Source: Chara braunii (taxonomy: Eukaryota; Plantae; Charophyceae). Taken from it: a DNA stretch of 53,905 bases. Shown one piece after another: positions 10,029 through 22,301 of this stretch. Made by a program: the position numbers and the translations under genes. The first letter of the stretch is position 1; each line of letters starts with the position of its first letter. The notes beneath the pieces are model-generated. The model was given only the letters and a program-made list of their open reading frames with translations. It was not told where the DNA came from and searched no databases. The stretch covers positions 1,709,114 to 1,763,018 of the forward strand of contig BFEA01000013.1 of the NCBI GenBank assembly GCA_003427395.1. The letters run 5' to 3'.

Positions 10029-10916
10029 AAGATCGAATGGGTTGCAACTGCTCCGAAGAGCGATGTCCCGATTTTTAATGGAGACAATGTTGTGAAATTT
10101 ATTTGAGCGTTTGAGCAATTGGCCAGTGCTCATGAGTGGGATGAGCAGACGATGCTGAAAAGAGCAGTGTCATGGGTGCATAAGGACGTTCATCGTGAGG
10201 TAGCGAGGCTAGTTTCAGAAGCCAGAAGTTGGAATGATTTCGATCAAACGATGTTCGACATGTTCCAGCTTGGGAACGAAACTCTGACTCGTGATGACCT
10301 CCGGAATGTTTGTCGTGATAAATTTTATACGTTCGGGAAGTTCCTTTCTGTGTTTTAGCAAGTAGCTCATCTTGTTCCAGACCTCTCTGAAATTAATAAA
10401 AGTAGGATGTTTCTCGCAAACTTTTCCGAGGTAGAGTCAAGGGTTTTATTGAAATGCGTAAGGTCTTCTTTTCTTTGACAGAAGATCCGTGAGAATGCTT
10501 TGAATGATGGTTTTGTTCAGGTTCTCCATCTAGATATGAAAAATATGCGTCGGTATTTAGTTTCTAATAACAATGCAGACCATCGTGATGATCGTATTTT
10601 GAGATAACTTTCTAAGGTGAAAGAGTCTTTGAAAGTCATGGGAGAAAAAAATTCCGAGTTGACAGTCGTTATCGGTTTGTCGAAGGAATGTAATAATGAG
10701 AAGCGGAAGGGTACAGTTGACTCTGTTGTCATAAATGTAAGGCATAAACGAGAGGAGGTTCAACCTAGTTCTCGGGATGTACCGAAAGTCGCTAATATTC
10801 AGTATGAGGTAAAAAACAATCCTGATCATCGTCCCTCTCGACGAGCTGGGAATTGGTCGAAGAAAGTGAGGTGTCACTTTTGTGGTTTGATAGGACGTTA
10901 CGGTCCGTCTCAGTAG
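10029..10916 (+). pseudogene. gag: Decayed Ty3/gypsy gag of element B
   Basis: DVPIFNGDNVVKFI*AFEQLASAHEWDEQ...SWNDFDQTMFDMF and zinc-knuckle remnant RCHFCGLIGR; several stops. Confidence 0.8.
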
Positions 10917-11099
10917 AGCGATAATGTGAATAACGTAATAAGCAAGGTTCATCCAAGTGGGAAGCAAGGACAGGTTGTTTTGACAGATTTAGAAGCGAGT
11001 CATTGGTTTGTTGAAAGGAATGAGTATTCGATGTTGATTGTGGTGAATTTGTTGTTATCTTTTCCAGCATCTTCTCTTTTCGAGTTGTCATTCCCCAAA

Positions 11100-11765
11100 C
11101 ATTGACTGAATGTATAATAGACAGATGCTTATTTCTCATTTATGATTGGATGTATGACGCAAAAGTGTGCAGTTATTTTCTAGGTAAACCTGAATGCATG
11201 ATACACTTGAGTTGTCCATTCCCTGACTGGAGTTTAATGTATGGTGGGGCCTATATATCTATTTCCCTGTTTATCTGGATGTATGGATTTCAGATTAAAC
11301 TTGCATTTCTCAACAAAGGTCGGATGTATGGTGAATACTACAGTTCTCCATGTCCTGGTTTGAGTTGAATGTATGAAGCGGCTTATGTATCTATTTCCCA
11401 GTTTGTACAGGATGTATGGATTTCAGGTTAATCCCTTATTTCTCGACACAAGTCGGATGTATGGTGCACACTTGGGTTGAATTGGATGTATGGAGTCCGA
11501 CCTATGTATCTATTTCCCAGTTTGTACTGGATGTATGAATTTAAGGGAGACTTTCCATTTCCCAACTAAAGTTCGATGTATGATATACAACCCTTCATTT
11601 CCTGGCGATGCTTTGATGTATGAAATTCAATTTGAATGTTTATTTCCCAGTTTCGACTGGATGTATAATTTTCAGATTAGACTCTCATTCCCTAAGTTAA
11701 CCAAATGTATGATATTTAGATATTACATATCTCCATTTCTCAGCTTAAGTCCAAATATATGGAAT
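11100..11765 (+). repeat. Degenerate ~45-bp tandem array following gag of B
   Basis: ggatgtatg-like core recurs about every 44-45 nt; translates in stretches as FPxxxWMY repeats. Confidence 0.7.
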
Positions 11766-13040
11766 CTGTTAGACCTTTTAGAGGAAAATTCTACTTGAGG
11801 TGATACTGAGAGTAACTACGGGTCCATATCGTGGGAATATGACAAGACATGGATAAGAACTTTTGAAAGAATGATTTCTCTCTGAATGGTTCATTCAGCC
11901 TAACTCTGAACAACTCCAGGAAGTTGATACGTTCAGAAGACCTGTTAGGGGTTATTCCTCAATCACTTGAGTTCTACTCAGGTGCAACGCAGGTATCGAC
12001 TGAATCAATTTCGTTTTGGATCTAGTCGAAAGGCTTTCGATACCATTTAGAGGGACAAAAAATTTTAAGTGGCCGCCAGAGGGATGATGCGAGGATCATT
12101 CTGAAAAAGTTCTCTTAAGTTGAAGGCTTCCAGGGGCTAGACATGGGTCCAAGTTCTGATGGTATAGTGATGTGAATGAATTTTATTTCGTTAATGGAAA
12201 ACTCCGGTTTGATTCCTGACGAATGTTTGATCTGTTAGTATGTAAATTTTGGTCTCACAGAGACATTTTACGAGGATTTGAGCTTTGATGGTGAACGGCG
12301 GGAACGCCGTTCAATGGGGTCCGGGAATGCTGTTGGGGTAAATACCCAGACAATGGTATTTGTCGAGGATTTTAAACGTCAGATATTGTCTGACTTTTCA
12401 TTGAATTGAAAGACTTGATGTGACTAACGTTTGCCAAAAGTTTATTCGGACCTGGCTTATAACCGAAAGATTGAAACTTTTTGAACATTAGTCCGGACAC
12501 CTGCGGTGTTTGAAAGTAATGGCGGTAGCCAACAATTTCTAGTAGGGTTGCAGAGGTACGAGGACGTGGGATTGTCAAAGTTAGGCATATTCTATTTAAA
12601 ATAATGTCGTGCTGCTTAGCAGCCGCGCGATTCAGGGCCTAAATAGGCTAAAAAGAGGGACGCTGGGTATAGGGCCATGATGCAGGGAGATGGGCGGCCT
12701 ATTTTTTATTGGGCCATGAGGCTTTAACTCCTCCCCAGAGCCCGAAGCCGGATACGTGGCAAAAAGGATGCCTTGTCGGGCTACAGGGCTGGGCTCCAGC
12801 CGGATAGGAGGAAGGAAACCGGCTTTAAAATGAGTGAGGCAGGGGTGAGCCTGCTTAAACCTGAAACTGATGGCCTACTGCGCCGCAACCCTTCAAATAG
12901 AAGGGTTGTGGCTATAGCTCCAGGGATAGGAACTGGCTTAGTAGGTTACAGTATCAGACTCTCACCCAGCAGACATCGAAATTGAACCGCAATAGCCACC
13001 TGGCTAGCTCCTTTTGGAGTAGCCCTCACTTGCATATGGC

Positions 13041-13161
13041 GCGGGCCATTCCGACCATGGGATCACAGAGATCACACGACCGGGATAGGTCGTGGAGATC
13101 TGCATTGCCGCTGCGCAAGGATGACACGCATAAATCGAGAAATGGTCCAATTCCTTTTTTT
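13041..13161 (+). ncRNA. U6 snRNA-derived sequence in the 3' LTR of B, with inserted hairpin
   Basis: ACAGAGA at 13065; 13111-13150 ctgcgcaaggatgacacgcataaatcgagaaatggtccaa matches plant U6 as recalled; T7 run at 13155-13161. Confidence 0.88.
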
Positions 13162-13605
13162 GATCCTCAAAGGGGATCGAACTCGGGTCTGTATTTCAAC
13201 AGTTCGTGAGAACATGCACTTGAAGAGCCCGTTGGCTTAAGCCAATGAGGCAAGGAGGAAAAAAAAAAACAAAACTAGAACTAGGTTCACTGATGTGACC
13301 CGCCAGCTGGAGGGCACAACAGTGCAGAGGAATCGCCCTCTGCTTCGCCTGAAGTTACGGGTAACTGTTCGTTTCAAAGGTAAGTACTTTTCCTGTTTTT
13401 CTTTCTGTTCCTTTTCTCCTTAGATTCGTTTTTAGATTTTTTTTAAAGATTTCATTTAGATTCTTTTCTTTTCTTTTTTCTTAGATTCTCCCCCCTCCGC
13501 TACACTTACGATTTGGTTAGGCGCCCGTTCGCTGACGAACGGACTGTACCGGTTAGTGATCCGTCCGAACCTGGCGCTGTTGGCTCCCAAGTACGTACAC
13601 CTGAG

Positions 13606-13742
13606 CGATCCTTAAGCATTTCAGGACTCGAAGTTAGCAGTGTCGAGGAAGGTTACCACAGGGATTACTGGCTTGTGGCAACCAACTGTTCATAGCGACA
13701 TGGTGTTTTTATCCTTCGATGTCGGCTCCTCCTACCAGTGTG
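13606..13742 (+). pseudogene. 25S/28S rRNA domain V fragment in the 3' LTR
   Basis: ggttaccacagggattactggcttgtggcaaccaactgttcatagcgac...atccttcgatgtcggctcctccta. Confidence 0.9.
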
Positions 13743-15854
13743 CGCTGTCGTACCAAATACCCTTACAAGGATATTTGGCGTGTTTTCTGCAAGTGACGCC
13801 GGTGTAGCCTCGCCCGTCTTACTGCGGGCACGCGAGAGGGAGCTTTGGTCCTAGTCAGGGTGAGCGGCGCGCGCGGGGTACTGACGGCGAGGCGCAACCA
13901 TACGCAGCCTGGGTCTGCGTGGCGTCGTGGGCCAGCGGGACTCGTGGCGTTCATTTTTAAAATTTTTATTTGTTTATTTATTTATCCGCTTTCTATTTTT
14001 TTTTTTCTCTAACGTTTGTAGATTGGTGATCGGCTTCGGGGCCGACGTTGAGACCGACGGCCCTGGTTCAGCCACTAGGTTTCCAAACATGGAGGGCCGA
14101 CACGACAATCAAGGACCCTGGGTGTGCGCTTTGATTGACGGGTCTGCCTATTCGGGATACTGGCGAAGGGTCCTTTGCCATGCCGCGCCTGAGAAACAGG
14201 GCACTTGTGGGGGATTGCCTGAAGGCGGGGGTGACCAATAACATATCTCTAGGTAGCGGGCGGCAGGGCTGGACGGACGGCACTGCGCAACAGCGGGAAG
14301 GGGCAATAGTGCAGGAGAGGCGATAGGGCGAGGAGGCACGGAGCAGGGGCGCTATGGTAAAGGCCGCAACGATACTGCTGAGTGAACCGTGCGTCAGACA
14401 AGTTATAGGGTCGGAAGACCTCCGGGCCTCTAGTAGTTAGCTCCACCCGAAGTATTCCACAAAGTAGCGGGTGCTATTGAACAGCCTTGACGCGGCCGGA
14501 TCGGCCTCTACAGGTGCAGCTTTGACGAAAACACGGAACGCAGAGCTGCTGAGAAGAAGGCGGGGCACTAATCGAACCCCTTCAGCAATCCTCCCTCGAA
14601 GACAGTGGAGCCGCTGGCCGGGGCAGTGCACCGCTGTAGTGAGCTGTGAAGCAACGAGAGCGGGCTAGCGCTGGCCAGACGGGATGAAGGTGGACGGGAT
14701 GCCTCGTAGGTGCATTCGAAGAAAGGAAAAACGGAGTGGAGAGTCGCGACGACCCGGGCGGGCAGAGCGGAGTGCGAATGCAGGAAAATGAGGGTGAACC
14801 CAGCCGGAAAATTGTGCCAGGTGTATATGAGGTGAACCTGATATGGAGGGGCTATGGAGTAGGAGCCAGGCGCGACCAAAGAAAGACATGGCACTCTCGA
14901 TCCTGAGTGGAATCGAGAGGGGAGAGAAGCAGTTCCGGGGTTTTGACCCCCGACGAATCTAGTGGTGATGTTGGGTTTGGGAGAAAGTTGGTGTTCGAGG
15001 GGGTGTGAGAGAAAGTGAATGCGTCGAATATGGAGAGTGGATAAGGGAGAGAGACGGGGAAAAGAGTCTTTTTCGCTCGATTCCCAATGGAATCGGGTGG
15101 GATAAGGCATGCAATGGGGGTTTTCGGTATCTGCGAGATGAATGATGAAGTAAGTTTCAATGTTAGATGAATAGAATTAGAGTTAGTAGAGTAGTAAGGT
15201 CCGCGGAGCTATGGCGGGGAGGAAAGAAGAGGAGATGAGGACGACGGGAGGTGCATGGCCGAATCAGTTGGAGAAGTTAGTTTGGAAGTATAAGGAGTGT
15301 AGAGTGAGGAAGAAGAGAAAAGTTGTGCGCGGAGAGGGTCGAGCGGGAAAGACGACGGGAGTGAAAAGTTTGTATCTCTCTCGATCCTTGATGGATTTGA
15401 GCGAGATAAGATGCCAAATGGAGGTTTTAACGGGGGGCGAGTCCGATATCGAAGTCGCATTTGGGGATTCATGGCTAGTATCGCCGGTGTGAGGTGTGGG
15501 GGTTGCACTGGGGCACACAGGCAACAAGCTGGCTTGGAGTAGCGGGAAGTTTTCTTATTAGTAGGGGAATGTATTTTCTCATGTTTCAGAGGGAGATTTA
15601 CTCTCTTGTTGAATGCTTCTAGGCAGAGCGGCAAACTGCGGGTCACAGCTATGCGTGGTAGGAAGAGAGAGGCTGCCTCTTGCTATTTCAGTGCAACAAG
15701 TAAGGCTGCGCTCGATGGTTTGGGTGGTGTACGGTTGAACCTGGCCGTGATGCTGGTCAGGTACGCCCGTCCCTTTGGTCAAGCATGAAGGACAGGAGAA
15801 AGGCCCGTCGGGATTAGGCAACTAAAAGGTGGACTTACCTGTGTTCCTCCTATC

Positions 15855-15857
<3 letters not shown>

Positions 15858-15913
<56 letters not shown>
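15858..15913. repeat. (GA)n microsatellite
   Basis: Direct reading; similar tracts at 16549-16640, 22064-22143 and 53845-53897. Confidence 0.95.
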
Positions 15914-15915
<2 letters not shown>

Positions 15916-16548
15916 ACATCTTACCTTAATCAGCCATCTTGACAATGTCACCGACGATCGGTGTTCTTCGGCTCTCTCGCGTTTTCCGGCTCTCGCCACT
16001 CTCGATCACACATGCACCCGCCTCTCCCAATCTCACACACACTCGAAGACACACTGAAGGACTTCCACTCTCGAGATCACTTGTCGATTTCCCCGCCCAC
16101 GTAGAGTATCTATACCACACATGCGCGCACCGCTCGCTGTCTCAATGCCACGTTCCCTCCGCGATGAGTCATTCATCACCACACCGCGCATGCATGTTGG
16201 CTGCTTGGCAACGATCACAACGCCCCGGCTAGCAGGACAGGCACTGCTGCCTCCAAAACGCTGCGCCTCTCGTGTGAATCGCGGCACGAATTCGTACCAC
16301 GATACCGTCCCCCTGCGCCCCCAGACCGCTCGTCGACCTGCCTCCAAACCGCTCCGCCTGGTACCGTCCCCCGGCACCCCCAGACCGGCCGTTGACCTGC
16401 CTCCAACCCGCTCCGCCGCTCAGGTCGTTCCACTATACCGTCTCATCTGGTACCGTTCCCCTGCGGCCCCAGACCGCCCGTCGACCTGCCTCCACACCGC
16501 TGCGCCGCTCAGGTCGTGCCGCGAGACCGTTACCGAATCTCTCACATN

Positions 16549-16641
<93 letters not shown>

Positions 16642-18572
16642 ATCGGGAGAACGATAGAAGGGAAGTAGATGGGATTAAGAGGGGAGAACCGTAATGGAGG
16701 GTGGCAAAGTGGCGATGCACATAGCCTCGTTTTGGTGGAGGATTCATTCGATTTCCGCCTGTTTCATAGGAGCAACGTGAGCTCAGCCACGAGGTTTGGA
16801 AACTTACCTGTCCGCCATCGATATTGCCATCTGATTGTCGGTACTAGAGAGAGAGAACGTATGCTTACCTCGGTGAAAACGATGCGGGATGAATCGGAAA
16901 CCGAGCTACGACGCCGAGTTGTGCGTTAACCCGACATATAGGTTGGAAACATACCTCCCCGAGTTTTAACGGTGAATACAGTAGATTTTTGCTCGTCCAA
17001 TCGATGAAAGGGGGGTTTGAGTTTAGCGGCTGGGCATGAGACTTACATGTTAGTAGGCTGAATCCTCCCAGTCCTGCCGAAAGAATCAATCTGGTTTGGC
17101 TTCCGTTTCGGTGACGAAAGTGGTGTCAGGTCCGCAAGCAAGGGGCAGACAGAGTGCGGGTGGACAGTTCACAGCCAGACCAGCAGGTGGGCTGTGGCAG
17201 TGTGCCAAACCTTGTATAAACAGAAAAGCGCAGGGTACGTGCAGCTCAACATTGGGGGTTTCGGCGAGTGGCCTGAGCAAAGTGAATAGAGAGTCGGGGT
17301 GAGGTGCCGAGCATCGGCAAGCACTGTGCATGTGTCTGCCTGTGCATCTGGCACCAGGTTTACTCTCGTTCACATAATTGACTGGGCGCGGCTTGAACTA
17401 AGAAGGAGAGAGAGAGTACTTATCTGGCACGGACAACAAGAAGGGGCTTCGAGGTGTGAAGGCATAGGTGTGCTTACAAAGAAGGCCAGCAATTTGCAGT
17501 TATTACTGTTAAAATGCCTTAATAGGCGCAATTATATTGATGGCGGGTTGGTGGTTTTTCCTGCGGGGATGTGAGCATGCGTTGTTGCGGGATGCCCGGG
17601 GGCCGCTGCTGTGATCTTTGGCAACAGGCTGATATGCTTCGGGCGAGTTTTAGCTAGAGCCTGGTTGTGTGCAGGTTGCATGGCGTCGCGCCACGTCTAG
17701 CCTATGCAGTGCGGTATCGTGTCCCGCACCATGTGTCGCTCGGTCTTATGTGTAGTACTGTAGCACGGTAACTAGTCTCTAGCTATTGTGCTACCTTACT
17801 GCTGCATACCGATGCGTTGGGTTCCCTCTATCTTTGACTCTTTGTTTGAATGAGCGTGAAAATCTGGTCTATTTTTGAACGCATGTTTCTGGACTGCATA
17901 ACGGCAGGTTGGCAATAGGGGACCATAGTGTGATTTGGGGGTGTGATTGAGCTTTATAGAAGGGCTACTGCCGCGATGTGGAGAAGCGCCAGAGAAGTTA
18001 ACGGTTGGCGGTAAGATTTCAGGTTGACCAAGCTGCTGCTGTGTTTTGGCCATCATTGCGGGGCCCTCAGGCGTACCAAGGCAACAAGGCCCTCTCTCCT
18101 AAGAGTTGAGTTGTCCCCCTCTTGTATCTCGAGAGTCTCAGACCCCTTATCTTCTGCCCTTCTTACTCTAAGTCTAGTCTTGATTTGAGGGGAAGGCAAT
18201 AGGCGGGATTGCAACCCGTAGGACCGCAGCAAGACTCTGTGGGGAGTCAACCCACTTATTGCGGGAGCTCTGTCAAAACTCAGGAGGAGTTATGGAGGTA
18301 GGGAACTGAAAGGTAACCACTGCTTTCCTTGATAAACTCAGTATAACCCCTACTTGTGTTCATTGTTATGTTTGACTGAGTATGTTGCCTGTCTCCTTAT
18401 TTTGACTTTCAGTTTGACTTTCAGGACACAATCCACACTAAGTAAAAGGAATGATTGTGCAAATTCGGTTTAAGATTTTGTTGTTTGACTGAAAGCAGAT
18501 TGTGGGATTGCATCTAGGGGAAGGATAGGAGGAAGGTAGTATTGCATGTGTCTGACCGGGTCAACCAAAGGT

Positions 18573-19298
18573 TGGGCCAGTTCCATAAGTTTGGGAAGAC
18601 CCAGTGTTATATTTATTTTGAATTGTCTGGAAAACCAGACATGTCCAATAAGTTTGGGTGGTCTGGTTGCGTTGACTTGTGAGGGTTGACTATGATTGAC
18701 ATTTCAGGAGCCAAGCACATTCTGTACGTTTAGGTGACTTGGTTGCCTTGTTTACTTTGAGTTTCTGTCAGTTTCTTTAGTTTCTGAACGAGGAGGTCTG
18801 AGCGTGTTCCATAAGTTTGGGTGGCTCAGCCTCTTCCTGCTTTGGACCTGAGAGAAATGAACCAGGCTGAGGACCAAGACATGTTCCATAAGTTTGGGTG
18901 GTCTTGGTCCAATGTCTCGCACATGCTAGAACCCAAAGGTTATAATTTGACTATACTTTATTATTATTTTATCTATGAACAAGCTAGTCAGACATAGTCC
19001 CATAAGTTTGGGTGGTCTAACTATAACTTACCACCAGCTGAAGAGAGTACTAATTAAGAATAAACTGATGGTAAGAAGGGGCAGACTGAATCTTGAGCTG
19101 AAGATGATCGGTTCGGTCATATGCTACCTCAAAAGACTAAGTGCAGAAAATTATATAAATCTTGGATACTTAAACAGTTCAAGGCGACTAGGGTGACCTA
19201 GTCATATGCCCAAGGAGGAGAAAAGTTGTTGTGCCCTGTGTTTGTGTATACTCCATGGCTGAGCTAGACATGTTTCATAAGTTTGGGTGGTCTAGCTT
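18573..19298 (+). other. Array of six hairpins with a constant loop ATGTTCCATAAGTTTGGGTG and variable stems
   Basis: Stems aaccagac/gtctggtt, ctgagc/gctcag, ggaccaagac/gtcttggtcc, tagtcagac/gtctaacta, agctagac/gtctagct, plus a divergent first copy. Confidence 0.9.
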
Positions 19299-19592
19299 TA
19301 TGCCTTATGTAAGCTGGGTATAAAGGGGACAAATCATCGAAAGATTACAAACTATTGTTTGTCCAGGTTTACTTGGGGATGGTGGGAGTACTTACCTTTG
19401 TGGTTTGACCTTGCATGTGACTGAGTGAGATTACTACTTGGTCTGAGTTCCAGTTTTACAGGTAGTTGCTTTAGATGTTCGCCAGTGCTAGATCCATAGG
19501 AGTTAGTTTCAATTTCTGCATTTTCTGAGCTAAGTTTATTTTTACTTAGATAAATTTCTGCATTTTCTGAGATCTTTTCTTATACTTGGTCT

Positions 19593-20118
19593 TGTATAAA
19601 TATTGGTAAGTCGCTTTCTCTACGGGAAGCGTTATCGAAATTTCTACAAAACCAAGGAGTTAGTCAGATTGTCTTTTCAAATTTCAGTTTGTCTGACTTT
19701 TTGACTTAGTAAAAATCTGGAAAGTCTCATTTTTTAAAGTTCAGTTTTGTAGATAAATTTTTTGCTAATTCAAGGAGTTAGATAAAATTGGACCTCGGGA
19801 AGCTCAAGTCATTTTATATTATGAACTTCACTTTGTATAAATTTTGGTAAGCTACTTAATTTACGAGAAGTGCTACCAAAATTTCTGCAAATCAAAGGAG
19901 TTAATTAAAATTTGACTTTTCAAAAGTTCAACTTATCTGATTTTTATATATCTGACTTTTCAAAAGTTCATTTTTGCTAATACAGGGAGTTAGACAAAAT
20001 TTGACTTTGGAAGGTTGAAAATTATTTTTGTTTTCATATTTAGGTTGATATAAATTTTGGAAAGACACGTTTCCTATAGGAAGCGCTGCCAAAATTTTCT
20101 TTGATTAGAGGAGATAGA
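19593..20118 (+). repeat. Three ~55-nt imperfect hairpins, each followed by a GGAGTTAG-like motif
   Basis: tgtataaat(a/t)ttggtaag...gaag(c/t)g.ta.c.aaatttct.ca at ~19593 and ~19834, more divergent at ~20048. Confidence 0.7.
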
Positions 20119-21875
20119 TTATATTTTGACAGGTGGCAATTCTGGCGATCCACTCTGTATGGGGGAGATTCTACCATAGGTCTACCTTTCTTTGGGCACT
20201 AGCTAAGAGATAGACTTAGGAGAGTCTTGAGTGGGGACGTGTTATGCGGATGTGATCTCCATACATTTACAATTTAGCTTGAACATTAACCTGTCGTATG
20301 ATACATGTTTTCTTTGCACGTTCGATTCAGGATTTAGACTAGCTTCAGTTTGATCCTACGAGGATCATTTTTCTTTTATCACTGATAACAGATCGTTTGG
20401 TTGATCGCCGACTTGTCGGCTCACGACACAACTTTGCTTACACCTATAACTCAACTTGATTGCCTTAGCCCTGAGATTTGATATGTTTCTTTGAGGGTTT
20501 TATCCGGACTTCTTTTAAATGACCATTGTAAAGAGTTTATGAGATTTATGGAAAGTTGAACTATGACTGGGCTTGACTGTGTAAGCCATGGTGTGAGTTA
20601 CAGGGAACAGTAAAGTTGACCACATTGGTGTATGGCAATGTGACTATTGTGTGTGCATGTGTTTTATGCAGGTTAGTATTTTGGAGCTTGGTATATGGGT
20701 CATACTTTGGAGGCAGTGAGAATGACAACCATGTGCCGCACGATCTGCATACCTGATGGGCTTATGTTTTCCCCTTCTTTTGTTGTTATCTCGAGCCCTG
20801 ATTTGATATATGAGTGTCGGGATATTTATTTATTTTATTGGGTGATTTTGCTTGTTAACTTTTACAGTTGGACGTTGTAGTCCGTGGCAGCCATGAAAGT
20901 CAAACCCCTTGACTTCTTTTCAGACCCTGGATGATAGAGCTGGTCTCTAGGACCATAAGAGACGATTGCCACCACAGGTATGAACCTGTGTACCACCCAC
21001 TCTCCGCAGGGTGCAGAAGAGGGTGTGGTTTTCAACCGCACTTGGCAGTTGTCCAGCGAAGAGAGATCATTCCCTCAAGGCGCGTGTCAGCCGACACTTG
21101 AGTGTCAAACGCGACCCTTGAGACTAACGAGGACCTCCTAAGTATGGGTACTACATAGTACGTCATCACTGCGACCGCTTGCATACGCTTGCATTGCGAG
21201 TCGATATGAGTTAGCCCTACGTCCGCGCGATTTTATACTAAGTCTCGCGCGCGACGCCTATCCAATTTCCTCATCGGAGAGTTATGGGATGACTACTAAG
21301 GGACTAGGAGTGTTGTCGCGTTGTTTGTTCTGTGTCGTTTTGTGTATGTGTATGTAATAGTGTTTTTGTTTTTATGTTTTTTATAGTGGTGTGCGCGTGG
21401 CGTGTGGGATGCGTCCTAGTCGACCGACGACGAATCGCGCTTGGGACCTCAGCCCCCCAAGGCGCCGGTTCGCGTGCGGGTTCGATAGAGGCGTATTACC
21501 ACGCGTACCCCTTATGCTACAACGAACGAGAAACGCCATCGGCTGGTCCACCTCTGCGATTGCAGCTGATTAGCTTTCGTACTGTGGACTGGTAGCTCGG
21601 CGGGGATACGCCCACCGAAGGGAGGTGACAACTCCCGTAATGTGGAGGTAAGTCGTGCCTCGTGTAGACCCTATCCTGTCGTAGGGGCTCGCGAGAGGTA
21701 TGGCTGGCGCACTCGGCCGGAGAGGCTTGCGGAAGCCCCATGTCTATTCGCGATGGGGATTTAGACCGACTCCTGCGTGACGCGGCCGGGAGGGTCCCGT
21801 GCTGCCCTGTGCGGTGCCAGACCGATGCGCTCAACAACGCGCCTATATCGGAGACTTTTGTTGCGCCGGACACAA

Positions 21876-21957
21876 ACACGCAGGCAAGGGAATGAGCCTG
21901 GAGCAATCGGTGGGGAAAAATAACCCTGCTGAGCTTGACTCTGATTCGACTCTGTGA
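21876..21957 (+). pseudogene. LSU H72-H75 fragment in the 3' LTR
   Basis: caagggaatgagcctggagcaatcggtggggaaaaataaccctgctgagcttgactct. Confidence 0.85.
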
Positions 21958-22061
21958 GGGGGCGGCCGTTTAATTCAAACGATGTGCTCCTCCATGTCCC
22001 CCCCCGTTTTTTCCTAAGTCGCGCCCGTTCATTTCGAACGAGCAGCAGTATAGGCTGCAGC

Positions 22062-22144
<83 letters not shown>

Positions 22145-22246
22145 GAACCCACGAGAGAATGCCCGTTCGTTTTGGAAACGGGCTGCTCTCTTGGGCCACT
22201 TGCGCCTGTATCATGTGCCCATTTGCACCAAATACAAGCGGAAGGT

Positions 22247-22301
22247 AGGGGAAAGAAGGAAAAACCCTACTAGGCTTGAATCTAGTCCGACTCAGTGAAA
22301 T
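22247..22301 (+). pseudogene. Second LSU H73-H75 fragment in the 3' LTR
   Basis: ggggaaagaagg...ggcttgaatctagtccgactcagtgaaat. Confidence 0.75.

Larger units (their letters stand above)
13746..21836 (+). mobile_element. Element C: ~8.1-kb LTR-like insertion (probable solo LTR of a B-related family; contains one N)
   Basis: TGTCG...CAACA termini, TSD gcgc/acgc, absent from the 5' LTR; shares B's caaataccc start and ccgatgcgctc(a/g)aca end. Confidence 0.8.

Noticed and set aside
9649-12330. pol (PR/RT/RNase H/IN) in B or A
   Set aside because: No recognisable protease, YxDD RT or HHCC/DDE integrase motifs in the ORF track or in manual reading
15833-15842. U1-like ACTTACCTG words (also 16802, 25847, 30205)
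   Set aside because: Better explained as minus-strand 5' splice sites; no U1 body follows
18573-19298. CRISPR array
   Set aside because: Eukaryotic TE context, spacing varies from ~60 to ~280 nt, the flanks pair with each other, and there are no cas genes
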